This document shows, piece after piece, positions 49,748 through 59,998 of a stretch of 64,000 nt of DNA. Made by a program: the position numbers and the translations under genes. Where the stretch lies: the NCBI GenBank assembly GCA_964016885.1, contig OZ024759.1, positions 4,836,001 through 4,900,000 on the forward strand, written 5' to 3'. The stretch's first letter is position 1. The number at the start of each line of letters is the position of its first letter. Source of the stretch: Eledone cirrhosa. Taxonomy: Eukaryota. The notes below the pieces were generated by a model, which was not told the origin of the DNA, ran no database searches, and was given only the letters and a program-made list of their open reading frames with translations.

Positions 49748-50039
49748 TTAAAACATAACTTAACAAATGTTCTTACATAAAGTTAGGATAGAAGGTTTTA
49801 AGATAGTTATAAACATTTTATCATAAACTAAGATGCGTGGCTTTGTGTTTAGAGTATTCGCCTCACAATCGTAAGGTCATGAGTTTGTTTACCAGCGGAG
49901 TGTTGTGTCCTTGAGCAAGACACTTTATTTCATATTGTTCCAGTTCACTCAGCTGGCAAAAATGAGTTGTACCTGTAATTCAAAGGGTCAGCCTTGTCAC
50001 ACTCTGTGTCATGCTGAATCTCCCTGAGAGCTATGTTAA

Positions 50040-50260
50040 CCCTTTAGCATTTAAACTGGCCGTACCCGGCCAGAATTTTCTCACCTCTTTCTGTTCAAAC
50101 CAGCCATAACTGGCTGCTCATACTTATGTGAAGGTATTATTCTCAAAATATATAATATCAAAATCTCATAGATTTGATATTATGTGAGATAATTATGTAA
50201 GATAAAGCCTTTACCACAAAAATGTAATATTAGATATGGAGTAATGTAAATGCTAAAGGG
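50040..50260. mobile_element. Intact 221-bp TTAA-MITE inserted in a SINE
   Basis: 14-bp TIR CCCTTTAGCATTTA, TTAA on both sides. Confidence 0.88.
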
Positions 50261-50497
50261 TTAAGGGTATGCATGTCTGTGGAATACTCAGCCACTTGCA
50301 CGTTAATTTCATGAGCAGGCTGTTCCAGTAATAGTGTCAACTGGAACACTCATTGTTGTAACCGACAGTGCCAGTTCAAGTTCAAGGGGTAGAGTTGATT
50401 CAGACAGTTTGGTATCCAAACAGTTAAACAATTAGGAACATGTGTGTTTCATGCCAATTATAAATAAATGTCTTTAGTAAATGGTGACATTCTAGAA

Positions 50498-51677
50498 CAG
50501 AGGTTCTCAAACTTTTTCGGGCCATCGCCCCCCACACGGCCTTGTAATACCCTCTAAAACACCACACCTATTTCCAGAGAGACCTACCTACAAGCAAATT
50601 GTAAATAATATAAAAAAAAGGAACGATTGACTTTCGTCAAATCGGACCGAGGAAACAATGTTTCCGTTGGTCTTTCCAATTGCTAATACTATCTATCGGT
50701 CGCAACTCCAGGTCGAAGGAGCAACGTGAAATAAAGTAAATAATATATAATACATAAAATGGTTGATATATAATAAATAATTCTTTCTACTTTTGGCACA
50801 AGGCCAGCAATTACTCCAGTGTATTACTGGTACTGTATTTTATCGACCCAGTAAAGGTGAAAGGCAAAATTAACCTAGGAGGGATTTAAACTCAGATAAT
50901 AAAGGGCCGTAACTCTATGCTGCAAAGCATGGTGTCCTACCTTCTATAATATATCGACAGTCGATCAACTTCCATCAAATTGGACCACGGAATCAATGCT
51001 TCCATTGGTCTTTCCAATTGCTAATACTATCTATCAGTTGCAACTCCAGGTAGAAAGAACAACCTCACAACCTCACGATTGCAAATCCGATTCGCTAATC
51101 ACTCAGCCTTCACTATCATCATCATTATCATCATTTTACATCCGCTTTTCCCTGCTTGTAAGGGTGGGACAGGTCTTATTAAACACAGCATCTCTCCATT
51201 TGTCACGGTTCCTTGTCATCTCCTCCATGAGCTTCAGTGATCTGAGGTCTGCTCTCACCACCTCTGCCCATGTTTTTCGTGATCTTCCTCTACTGTGTCT
51301 TCCTTCTACTGTGATTTCTTGGCAGTTCTTTACCCAGCTGTCATCCACCATGCGCATCACATGTCCATACCAACACAGTCTTCTCTCCCACACACTACAA
51401 CTTATCCCTCTTATACACAGTTTCTCTCTCAACTCGTCTATACTTTGTCGTTCACACACATTGACATCACACATGCAACAGCATATACTTGCTTCATTTC
51501 TATCCACTATATAATATATACTATGTATCAATAAATATCATATACTTTTTTTATTTTACTATATTTATATATAAAATTTATCATTTGATATTTGATATAC
51601 TATTATATCCTCTCCACCCCCATCCTTAAGCCCCAGCACCCCTCTTGGGGCAGTAGCACCCACTTTGAGAACCTCTG
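50498..51677. mobile_element. hAT (Charlie-like) non-autonomous element with nested SINE and RTE 3' fragment (51115-51510, -)
   Basis: TIR CAGAGGTTCTCAAA / TTTGAGAACCTCTG; 8-bp TSD TTCTAGAA / TTCTAGAG. Confidence 0.85.
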
Positions 51678-51756
51678 TTCTAGAGGGAAGTGAAATTGTA
51701 AAGTGTAACAGGCAAGAAGACAACATTTTTCCAAACAAACAAAAAAACCAACTTAC

Positions 51757-52014
51757 TATCAATATAGTTATAATATATCCTTAGTTGGGAAATATCGTAT
51801 GTTTGTCTGAGTTCAAGAGTCCACAATGATGTTGGAGAGCTCATTGTATGAGAACAAGATCTGTGTTGTGGGTTTTGATCGAAGTTACCATCTACAGCCA
51901 GGTTAGCTGACATTGAGTACATTTCATTGCGACAAACATTGTTTTTCATTAGAATTACACTGCTTGTTTTGTCTGTCGTGGTTTGTGTAGCTACTTTACC
52001 AATAGCTATATTTC
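51757..52014 (-). CDS. Exon C (258 nt), N-terminal part of F-type lectin (FTP) domain
   Basis: ttttcag / gtaagt; NIAIGKVATQTT...SANLAVDGNFDQNPQHRSCSHTMSSPTSLWTLELRQTYDISQLRIYYNYID matches FTP motifs NIA-GK-A-Q, A-AVDGN, SC-HT, W-L-L. Confidence 0.9.
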
Positions 52015-52645
52015 CTGAAAAAGAATGAAAGAAAATTTAATGAAAGTCAATTACTATGAAATGAAATGGATCTCAGTCAGTTGAAACGATGATTGATCCA
52101 GTGGGAAAAGACAAATTGTTTTCTATATACTAAACTTTTGAAATATCTTTTACGTTATCTCTAAATTATTCCATATTTCCAGTAGAGGCATGTGGCCTAG
52201 TGTTAAGTGTGTTGGACTTACAATCATAATGTCATGGGTTCGATTTCTGGGGTGGGTTGTGTGTTGTGTTCTTGAGCAAAACACTTCATTTCACGTTGCT
52301 CCAGTATACTCTGCTGAAAATGAGCACCAGCAATAGCTGTGGAGGGTGTAACCCTGCAATGGACTGATGTCCTGTCCAGGAGGAAGTCTTGTACTCACAG
52401 TCGCTTTATGCCATGAAACCAGGATAAGCATTGGCCTAATGAGCCTTCAGGCTTGAGACAGTATAGTCCTATACGAACGAGACACGGTCACCCGACCAAT
52501 CTTGCCTCAATTGGGACAACTCCCGACTAACCCATGCTAGCATGGAAGATAGACGTAAACGATGATGATGATGATGATGATATAGCAACCTCAGCCTCAA
52601 CAGCGACAGCAACAACAATGGCATGATAATTAGAAATCTACTTAC

Positions 52646-52789
52646 TATAGGTTTTTACTTGGCAATCCGGTCCGGTCCATCCTTCTTCCCAGCCATATGG
52701 GCAAGCCCCAGTTTGTTGATGGCAGTCAGCATCGTTTAAACAATGGCATTGCTTGTTACAAGTATATCCATACCATTGAGATGCACAAC
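52646..52789 (-). CDS. Exon B (144 nt), EGF-like repeat
   Basis: aacatag acceptor, gtaagt donor; GCASQWYGYTCNKQCHCLNDADCHQQTGACPYGWEEGWTGPDCQVKTY (7th Cys position is Trp). Confidence 0.88.
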
Positions 52790-53911
52790 CTATGTTAAAA
52801 GTTAGAATTTATCACACTGATGGACTACATTTCCACAGTTCTCTCTCATCTACAGTTAATTGTTTCTACTATTTGGCACAAGGTACCAGTAATACACAGG
52901 GGTAATTGCTGAATTACCTCAGTGCATTACTGGTGCTTTATTTTATTGACCCCCCCCCCCCATAAGAATGAAAGGCAAACCTTGGCGGGTTTGAAATCAG
53001 AACGTAAAGGGCCATAACTCTATGCTGCAAAGCATGGTGTCTGACACTCTATGGATTACTGCCAATCCAATAATAATAATTGTTTCTACTTTTGGCACAA
53101 GGCCAGCCAGCAATTACCCCCAGTGCATTACTGGTACTTTATTTTATCGACCTCCATAAGAATGAAAGGCAAAGCTAACTTCAGCAGGATTTGAACTCAG
53201 AACGTAAAGGGCCATAATTCTATGCTGCAAAACATGGTGTCTGATGCTCTACGGATTACTGCCAGTCCAATCCAGCAATTACCCCAGTGCATTACTGGTA
53301 CTTTATTTTATCGACCCCTGTAAGGATGAAAGGCAAAGTTAACCTCGGCGGGATTTGAACTCAGAACATAAAGGGCCGTAAACATGATGTCTGACACTCT
53401 ACCGATTACTGCCAGTCTCACATAATTATCTCACCTAATATTATGGTCTGAGTTCAAATCCCGGCGAGGATAACTTTGCCATTCATCCTTACGGGGGTCG
53501 ATAAAATAAAGTACCAGTAATACACTGGGGTAATTGCTGGCCTTGTGCCCCCAAAAGTAGAAACATAATATTGAATATATTAGATTTTGATATTATCTAT
53601 TTTGAGAACATTATCTTAACATTAATAAGGACGGTGGGTTGGCAGTATCGGTGGAGGGTCGGACGCCATGCTTTCCAGCATAGAGTTACGGCCCTTTACG
53701 ATCTGAGTAATGCACTGGGTAATTGCTGGCCTTGTGCCTAAAGTAGAAACAATTATCTTAACATGAATATGAACGGCTGGTTACAGCCAGTTTGAACAGA
53801 AAGAGGTGAGAGAATTCTGGCCAGATACAGTCGCTTTAAATGCTAAAGGGTTAACAGTCACAGTTTGTAGAGATTAACAACTAAAGTTTGAATGAATAAA
53901 GATCAACAGAC

Positions 53912-54061
53912 CTGATAATGATAATGTTTCGATACAGGTACCCTCTCCTTTTATAGAAATAGACCAAGCGTTTACATCCCCTGAACAGCTCAAAGGTCTG
54001 GTTGTACATATTGATGTACAAAAGGGTTCCTTATTTTTGCCAAAAAATACTGAAACTGTCT
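53912..54061 (-). CDS. Exon A (150 nt), Cys-containing extracellular segment
   Basis: ttcatttcag acceptor, gtctgt donor, phase 1-1, open: ETVSVFFGKNKEPFCTSICTTRPLSCSGDVNAWSISIKGEGTCIETLSLS. Confidence 0.6.
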
Positions 54062-54094
54062 CTGAAATGAGAAGTGTAAATATATATATATATT

Positions 54095-55410
54095 TATATA
54101 TAACGGAGGAAATGTGGTAAGGAACCAGGTGGACCATAACGCACCAAAGTACTCAATACTTAGGGTAGTAGAGTGGGTAATAGGAACGAGTAGGACCCCG
54201 ACGGCTGAGCTCAAGCCGTTTCGACGGCTAATTCTGGACTAAATGAACATTTTTATCCTGGTATTTGAATAGCCGAGCTTCTAAAGGGGTAATTCCATAT
54301 ATGGTAAAAGTGATTGTCACGAGGATTGGTCAAAAGTTTGTTGTTGAGACATAATAATTCTATGATGGCAATTTGTGGAGGGAAGGGGTAGCTGAACCTG
54401 CCAGTAGGAGAAAGAGGGAGAGGAGGTGGAGGAGACCCAGTCATGCGTTGATAGTGCCGACTACAGCTGGGCATGAGGTCAAAGAGGATACTAGGGAGGG
54501 GGAGGGGGAGGAAGTCGAAACAATTAGTAAAACAATTAGTAAAACAATATGGGGTAAATATATAGAAAAATACCGAGAGTGTTAAAAAGCAATTAAATGT
54601 AAAAAAGAAAAAAAATAAACAAATCGACCTAAGTCTCTCACTGGTACTGCTAGGCTAAAGAAAGGTTTACTAGGTGGGACGGAATTATAATGAGACCCTT
54701 TTAAGAGGTATAAGTAATAAACCAAGTATATCTTACGGCGACGGGTCAACAAGTGAGGGGCCAAAATACTAAAGAAACTACCACGAAATAATAAATAAAG
54801 GTTTCTACCCCAGGCACAAGGCCAGCAACCACCCAGTGCAAAAAGTAAACTAATACGAAATAATAATTCAGAGTCCCGAAAAAGAATACTAATACTATCT
54901 CTAAGGGTGCCGCCACGATACAAAAGTTCTAGTGCAAACTACATAAAAGCTCGTACGAAGTATATGTAAAATTTGATACGGAAAATTAGTTCAGAATCCC
55001 CCCCCAGTAGCGGTGTTGTAGTGGGAAGTGTTTTTCAATGAGCCTAAAGAAGATTTTCCCGATAGGAGTTGTCACCTCGGCGTTGTGGGGAGGATTGAAC
55101 TGGTTACTGCATGTAAACACAGATTGCGTAGGACTTACCTCGCCCTAAAACCCCATAATGACCCGTGGGGTAGACTAGGGCTATAACACCCCACTTGCCG
55201 ATTTTGTAATGGGTAACCCCTGCTTGCAAAGGTAGACGTAAGATCTTTTATATCTTTTTATCGCTTCCTCTATATTTCCTTCTTCTCCCCATCCCTCCCT
55301 AGTCCTTCCACCCCAGTCCTCTTTCTTTGTCGTCGTCCTTTTCATTTTCTCGCCCACCCGAGGCAGCCCCTCGGTCCTTTGTAGCTTCAGTAGCCCCACC
55401 CCCTTCCCCT
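54095..55410 (-). mobile_element. Penelope-like retroelement remnant with pseudo-LTR
   Basis: Minus-strand 54990-55100 reads FNPPHNAEVTTPIGKIFFRLIEKHFPLQHRY, resembling the PLE RT-to-GIY-YIG linker (WFNPP...IGK.F..LI.KHFP); terminal repeat holds a hammerhead fold; (TA)n flanks. Confidence 0.65.
54195..54290 (-). ncRNA. Hammerhead-like fold, U3-A8 core with G5>U (probably inactive)
   Basis: ACCCC-TTTAGAA-G..CGGCTA..TAGCCG.C-GAA-ACGGCT(tgagctc)AGCCGT-C-GGGGT. Confidence 0.55.
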
Positions 55411-55606
55411 ATTCTATATATATATATATATATATATGTGTGGAAAAAATGAAACGAAATTTCATTTCTCACTCTTAGTGCGGCTGTTACTTAAATATAA
55501 AGTATGTATACATACATACATATATGTATACAGACGTACAGTAGTATATATACATGCACACATATATATATGTACGTATGGCACTCAATGACAATGTCAC
55601 AGATTA

Positions 55607-58600
55607 AGACAAATTCACCTCCTGCTGCAAGACGAGAATACAAGGACCCCTCTTTATTTCAGACACAGATGACCAACAAAATCCCGTCTCCCACACCCCT
55701 CCCTGCCCCTCCAACCCATCCATCCCACCCTCCCAACTTAGAGTTGGTACCATGAACGTAGGCACATTGAAAGGTCGCTCAAATGAGGTTGTAGAGATGC
55801 TTGAACGTAAAGAAGTTGATGTTTGTTGTATTCAAGAGACTAGGTGGAGAGGGGGATCTGCCAGATTCATCGTGGGTAAAAAACGATGCTATAAACTTTT
55901 CTGGGTGGGAAATGACAACGGACAGGGTAGTGTAGGAATTATGTTAGCTGAAAAATGGGTAGATAAGGTAATTGACGTAAATATAGTGAATGACAGAATA
56001 ATTAAATTAAGACTAGTTCTAAATAGAATTACTGTGACAATAATATCTGCTTATGCACCCCAATCTGGTCTCCCTGATGTTATAAAGGACAGGTTCTATG
56101 AGATGCTAATGCACACTACCTCCCAAATAACCGACAGCGACTACTTAATTATTGCTAGCGATCTAAACAGTCACGTTGGACAACATAGTGATGGCTATGA
56201 TGGAATTCATGGAGGCTATGGGGTTGGAAATAGAAATGAGAAGGGTTTCAGAATCCTGGAATTCTGTGATGCAAATAGCCTAACTATATGTAACACAAAC
56301 TTCAAAAAACGTGAAAACCACTTGATCACCTATAGATCAGGGGAACACGCCAGCCAGATAGATTATATCCTTACTAGAAGACGGGACAAAATGTCTGTTG
56401 TAAACTCTAAATCCCTCCCCCGTGAAGAATGCCCCTCCCAACATCGCCTAGTAGTTAGTGACCTCATAGCCAGGAATAGACGTACTCGACGACAGAGGAG
56501 GCCTACCTTGAGGAGAAGAATATGGAAGTTGAAGGACCCCATAGCCAGTGACAAATTTAAAAGCTTATTATTTGTTGCCTTTGACAATAAGGAAGAGCAA
56601 TTAGAGACGTGCAATAGAGAGGAACAGTGGCAATCCTTGAAAGTGAACCTGCTGAAAGCAACGGATGAAATCTGTGGCTGGAGCAGACCTATTGGCAGGA
56701 GGAGAGTAACTTGGTGGTGGAACAGTGAGGTGGAAGAGACAATCAAGGGCAAAAAGCAGGCTTGGAAAGAATGGCAGGATGGGGGGCGTAGAGAGCACTA
56801 TCAAGTGGCCAGGAGAGAAGCTAGGAGACAAGTGTACCTTGCAAAAAGGGTAGCAGAGGTTAGAAAGTTCAAGCATGTTCTGCAACGTGAGGACCAAAAA
56901 CGTGAGGTGTTCAGGATTGCTAGACAATGTGTCAAGGAAAACCGTGATATTGTCGGGGAGAAGTGTGTCCGTAATGATAATGGTGTACTTGCGCTCACTG
57001 ATACTGATAAGCTTGGAAGAGGCACTACGAGAGACTATTAAATGAGAAGAATAAATGGGAAAAAGATAGTCTGCCCCAAATCGATCCAATGGTGCAAGGT
57101 AAAGGTAGTATAATAAGTAAGGCAATCAAAGATATGAAGACAGGCAAGGCAGCTGGGCCTTTGGAGGTAGTTGCTGAGATGCCTTCAACATCTGGTATGG
57201 CGGGACACACTATGGTCACACGTATAGTTAACCAAGTAATACAGAATGGAGTCATACCGAAAGACTGGCGTAGCAGCATCATCATTAACTGCTACAAGGG
57301 TAAAGGGGATGCTCTAGATAGGGGAAACTATAGAGGCATTAAGTTAGTTGACCAGGTCATGAAGGTCACAGAAAGAGTAATAGCGCAACTAATCAGAGAG
57401 CGAATTGATCTAGATGAAATGCAGTTTGGGTTTGTGTCAGGTAAAAGTACCACAGACGCTCTTTTCCTTGTACAACTACAAGAGAAGTACCTAGCTAAAA
57501 GTAAACCCCTCTACTTAGCTTTTGTAGACCTGGAGAAAACTTTTGACAGAGTCCCCCGCTCCATTATCTGGTGGGCTCTTAGAAAACTAGATGTAGATGA
57601 ATGGCTGGTGAGAGCTATACAAGCTATGTATAATGAAACAGTCAGTAAGGTTAGAATTAACAATGAATATTGTGAAGAATTTAGTGTAAAAGTTGGCGTT
57701 CATCAAGGCTCTGTCCTTAGCCCCCTCTTATTTATTATTGCCCTTCAGGCTATAACAGAGGAGTTCAAGACCCGCTGCCCATGAGAACTCCTATACGCAG
57801 ATGATCTAACGCTCATAGTTGAATCAATGGCTGAACTAGAGAAGAAATTCGAAACATGGAAGCATGGCCTAGAATCAAAAGGCCTTAAAGTTAACTTGTC
57901 TAAGACTAAAGTTCTAGTTTGTAGAAAGGAAAATAGGGCACAGGTGCCCTCAAGGAAATGGCTATGCTCAGTGTGTAGGAAAGGAGTAGGCAGAAATTCC
58001 ATTTTATGTCCCAAATGCAAAGTATGGGTACATAAAAGATGTAGTGGGATCACAGGTAAACTATCTCAGAACGTAGACTTTATATGTGGCCAATGCTCAG
58101 GTGCAATAAGTAGCAAGTGTCCAAAGGATACTAGCTCCTTCCATTGCCCAGATGGTTCTATAGAAATAGTAGACACTTTCCGTTACCTGGGTGACGAAAT
58201 CAACAGTGGTGGAGGGTGTTCTGAAAGTACAGTAGCCAGAGTCAGAACGGGATGGAAAAAGTTCAGAGAGCTTATACCGTTGTTGGCCACAAAAGGTTTC
58301 TCTCTAAAAATGAAAGGCAGATTGTATGATGCCTGTTTCTCTCTAAAAATGAAAGGCAGATTGGTATGGCCATGTGATGCGCATTAAAGACGACAGTTGT
58401 ATAAAAAAAAGTGCAGGGCGATCAAAATTGATGGTAGTTACGGAGTAGGTAAACCCAGAAAAACCTGGGATGATCTGATAAATTCCGACCTTACATACTT
58501 ACATCTCTCTAAGACAATGTCTCTGGACCGAGATCTTTGGTGCTATGCAGTAATACAGAAGACCCGCCTTGCCTATGTACAAAACGAAACCTACAGTCAG

Positions 58601-58943
58601 TAGGCACCTCTTAACCAAATATACACCCCAATCTACTACCCCTACCCTATCCTCCCACTCCCACCAACAGCATGAGAAAATGAAATCGAGTTCGTGTAGG
58701 TGTCACGGGAAAGAAAAAAAAAACACACAGTCCACGCTGTAATGTGGTCGTGTAGGTAACATGGTAAAAAGTTCCCAGTTCCACACTGTAAATGTGGTTG
58801 GTGTTAGGAAGGGCATCCAGCCGTAGAAAACCTGCCAGATAGTTCTATATGAGTGAGACACGGTCACCCGACCAGCCTTGCCTCAACTCCCGTCTAACCC
58901 ATGCTAGCGTGGAAAATGGACGTTAAACGAAGATGATGATGAT
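55607..58943 (+). mobile_element. Second decayed RTE-clade LINE, same family as 31809-35715, opposite orientation
   Basis: APE ORF 55752-57041, RT 57089-57784, YADDL, PHD-like Cys cluster, GGACGTTAAACGAAGATGATGATGAT tail; internal deletion and duplication near 58330. Confidence 0.95.
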
Positions 58944-58949
58944 ATATAT

Positions 58950-59412
58950 AGGAAAATGTATGACCTCGACAGTAGAGCTCAAGCCGTTTCGACGGCTATT
59001 TCTGGACTAAATTAGAATTTTTAGCCTGGTAAATAAATAGCCGAACTTTTCAAGGGGTACTTCCTTATATGGGAAGATTGTAGCTGTCAAGAGGATTGGT
59101 CAAAAATTCCTGGTAAACACAATTAAGTCTATCATGGCAGTGGGTGGGAGGTGGGGATGGCTGAACTTGCCTGTAGAGCAAAGAGGGAGTGGGTGGAGCC
59201 GGTCAAGCGTTGAAAGTGAAATCTAAACAGCAAATTCTAAGGATTGTGTAAGAAAGTAGGCCAACTTTCATACTTTCCACCATAGCGATTAAACTGCATA
59301 CCCTGCTTTCCAGGTTACCCTTTGCCACTGATATATATATATTTATATATTGAGTAGTCTGGTGCATTATGGTCCTTCTGGTTCCTTACCACACCTCCTT
59401 TGTTATATATAT
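58950..59412 (-). mobile_element. Second Penelope-like pseudo-LTR segment
   Basis: 58960-59210 is a direct homolog of 54192-54450; 59345-59412 is an inverted homolog of 54095-54160. Confidence 0.6.
58963..59058 (-). ncRNA. Candidate type I hammerhead ribozyme with U3-A8 core variant
   Basis: ACCCC-TTGAAAA-G..CGGCTATTT...AAATAGCCG.C-GAA-ACGG(...)CTGT-C-GAGGT. Confidence 0.6.
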
Positions 59413-59816
59413 ACAACGGCGGCGAAGATTGGAAACCGAATCTGAGCTTTCCCACCTCTGGGACAAGCCATGGTAAGTTGTTTACGCTCAAGAGACTAAC
59501 CCCCTGGGGGATGCTAAACACAGGTCAGAGGTGTTTAAGCCTGACAGAAAATAGGTCAGAGGATATATCCATCTTTCTGAGTTGTTTACGCTTGGCAAAC
59601 TAATCCCTTGGGAGACTCTAACCAAAGTTCAGAGGATATATCTATCCTTCTAACTTCAACTCTTATAAATACAGGGGTTGTTTACGCCCCGACAGAAAAG
59701 AAGTGATATACAGACAAGACAAGTGGCCTTTACAAGCTCTCGTCACGAAATACCAGTCCGTCACTAATTTCCTCTCCTGCCTGGCTGATCGATACAACCA
59801 CATATTCCGTTACAAC

Positions 59817-59827
59817 TGGTGACCCCG
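59817..59827 (+). promoter_or_regulatory. Primer-binding site (tRNA-Trp-like)
   Basis: TGGTGACCCCG two nt after the LTR end TTACA. Confidence 0.75.
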
Positions 59828-59866
59828 TAAAACAGACACACAACTTCTGATCATCCACTACAAACG

Positions 59867-59998
59867 ATGTCTCTAGCACACGACGATTCATCTACGGCAG
59901 AAATGGCAGTGAGGGGGGCATTTACATTAAGAATTCCACCATTCTGGGTGCACGATCTAACACTGTGGTTCGCGCACATCCAAGCGCAGTTCGCATAA
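59867..59998 (+). pseudogene. gag: Gypsy gag N-terminal stub
   Basis: [43 protein letters not shown] contains the PPFW...LWF...AQF motif of Gypsy gag N-termini. Confidence 0.75.

Larger units (their letters stand above)
2513..54061 (-). other. Partial multi-exon gene: F-type lectin (FTP) domain plus tandem 8-Cys EGF-like repeats (MEGF10/11- or SCARF-like ectodomain); 5' and 3' ends not in window
   Basis: 17 exon-like segments read on the minus strand, nearly all AG...GT bounded, phase 1-1 and multiples of 3 nt; they translate to an FTP domain and C-x3-x-[FY]G-x2-C-x3-C-H-C EGF repeats. Confidence 0.88.
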
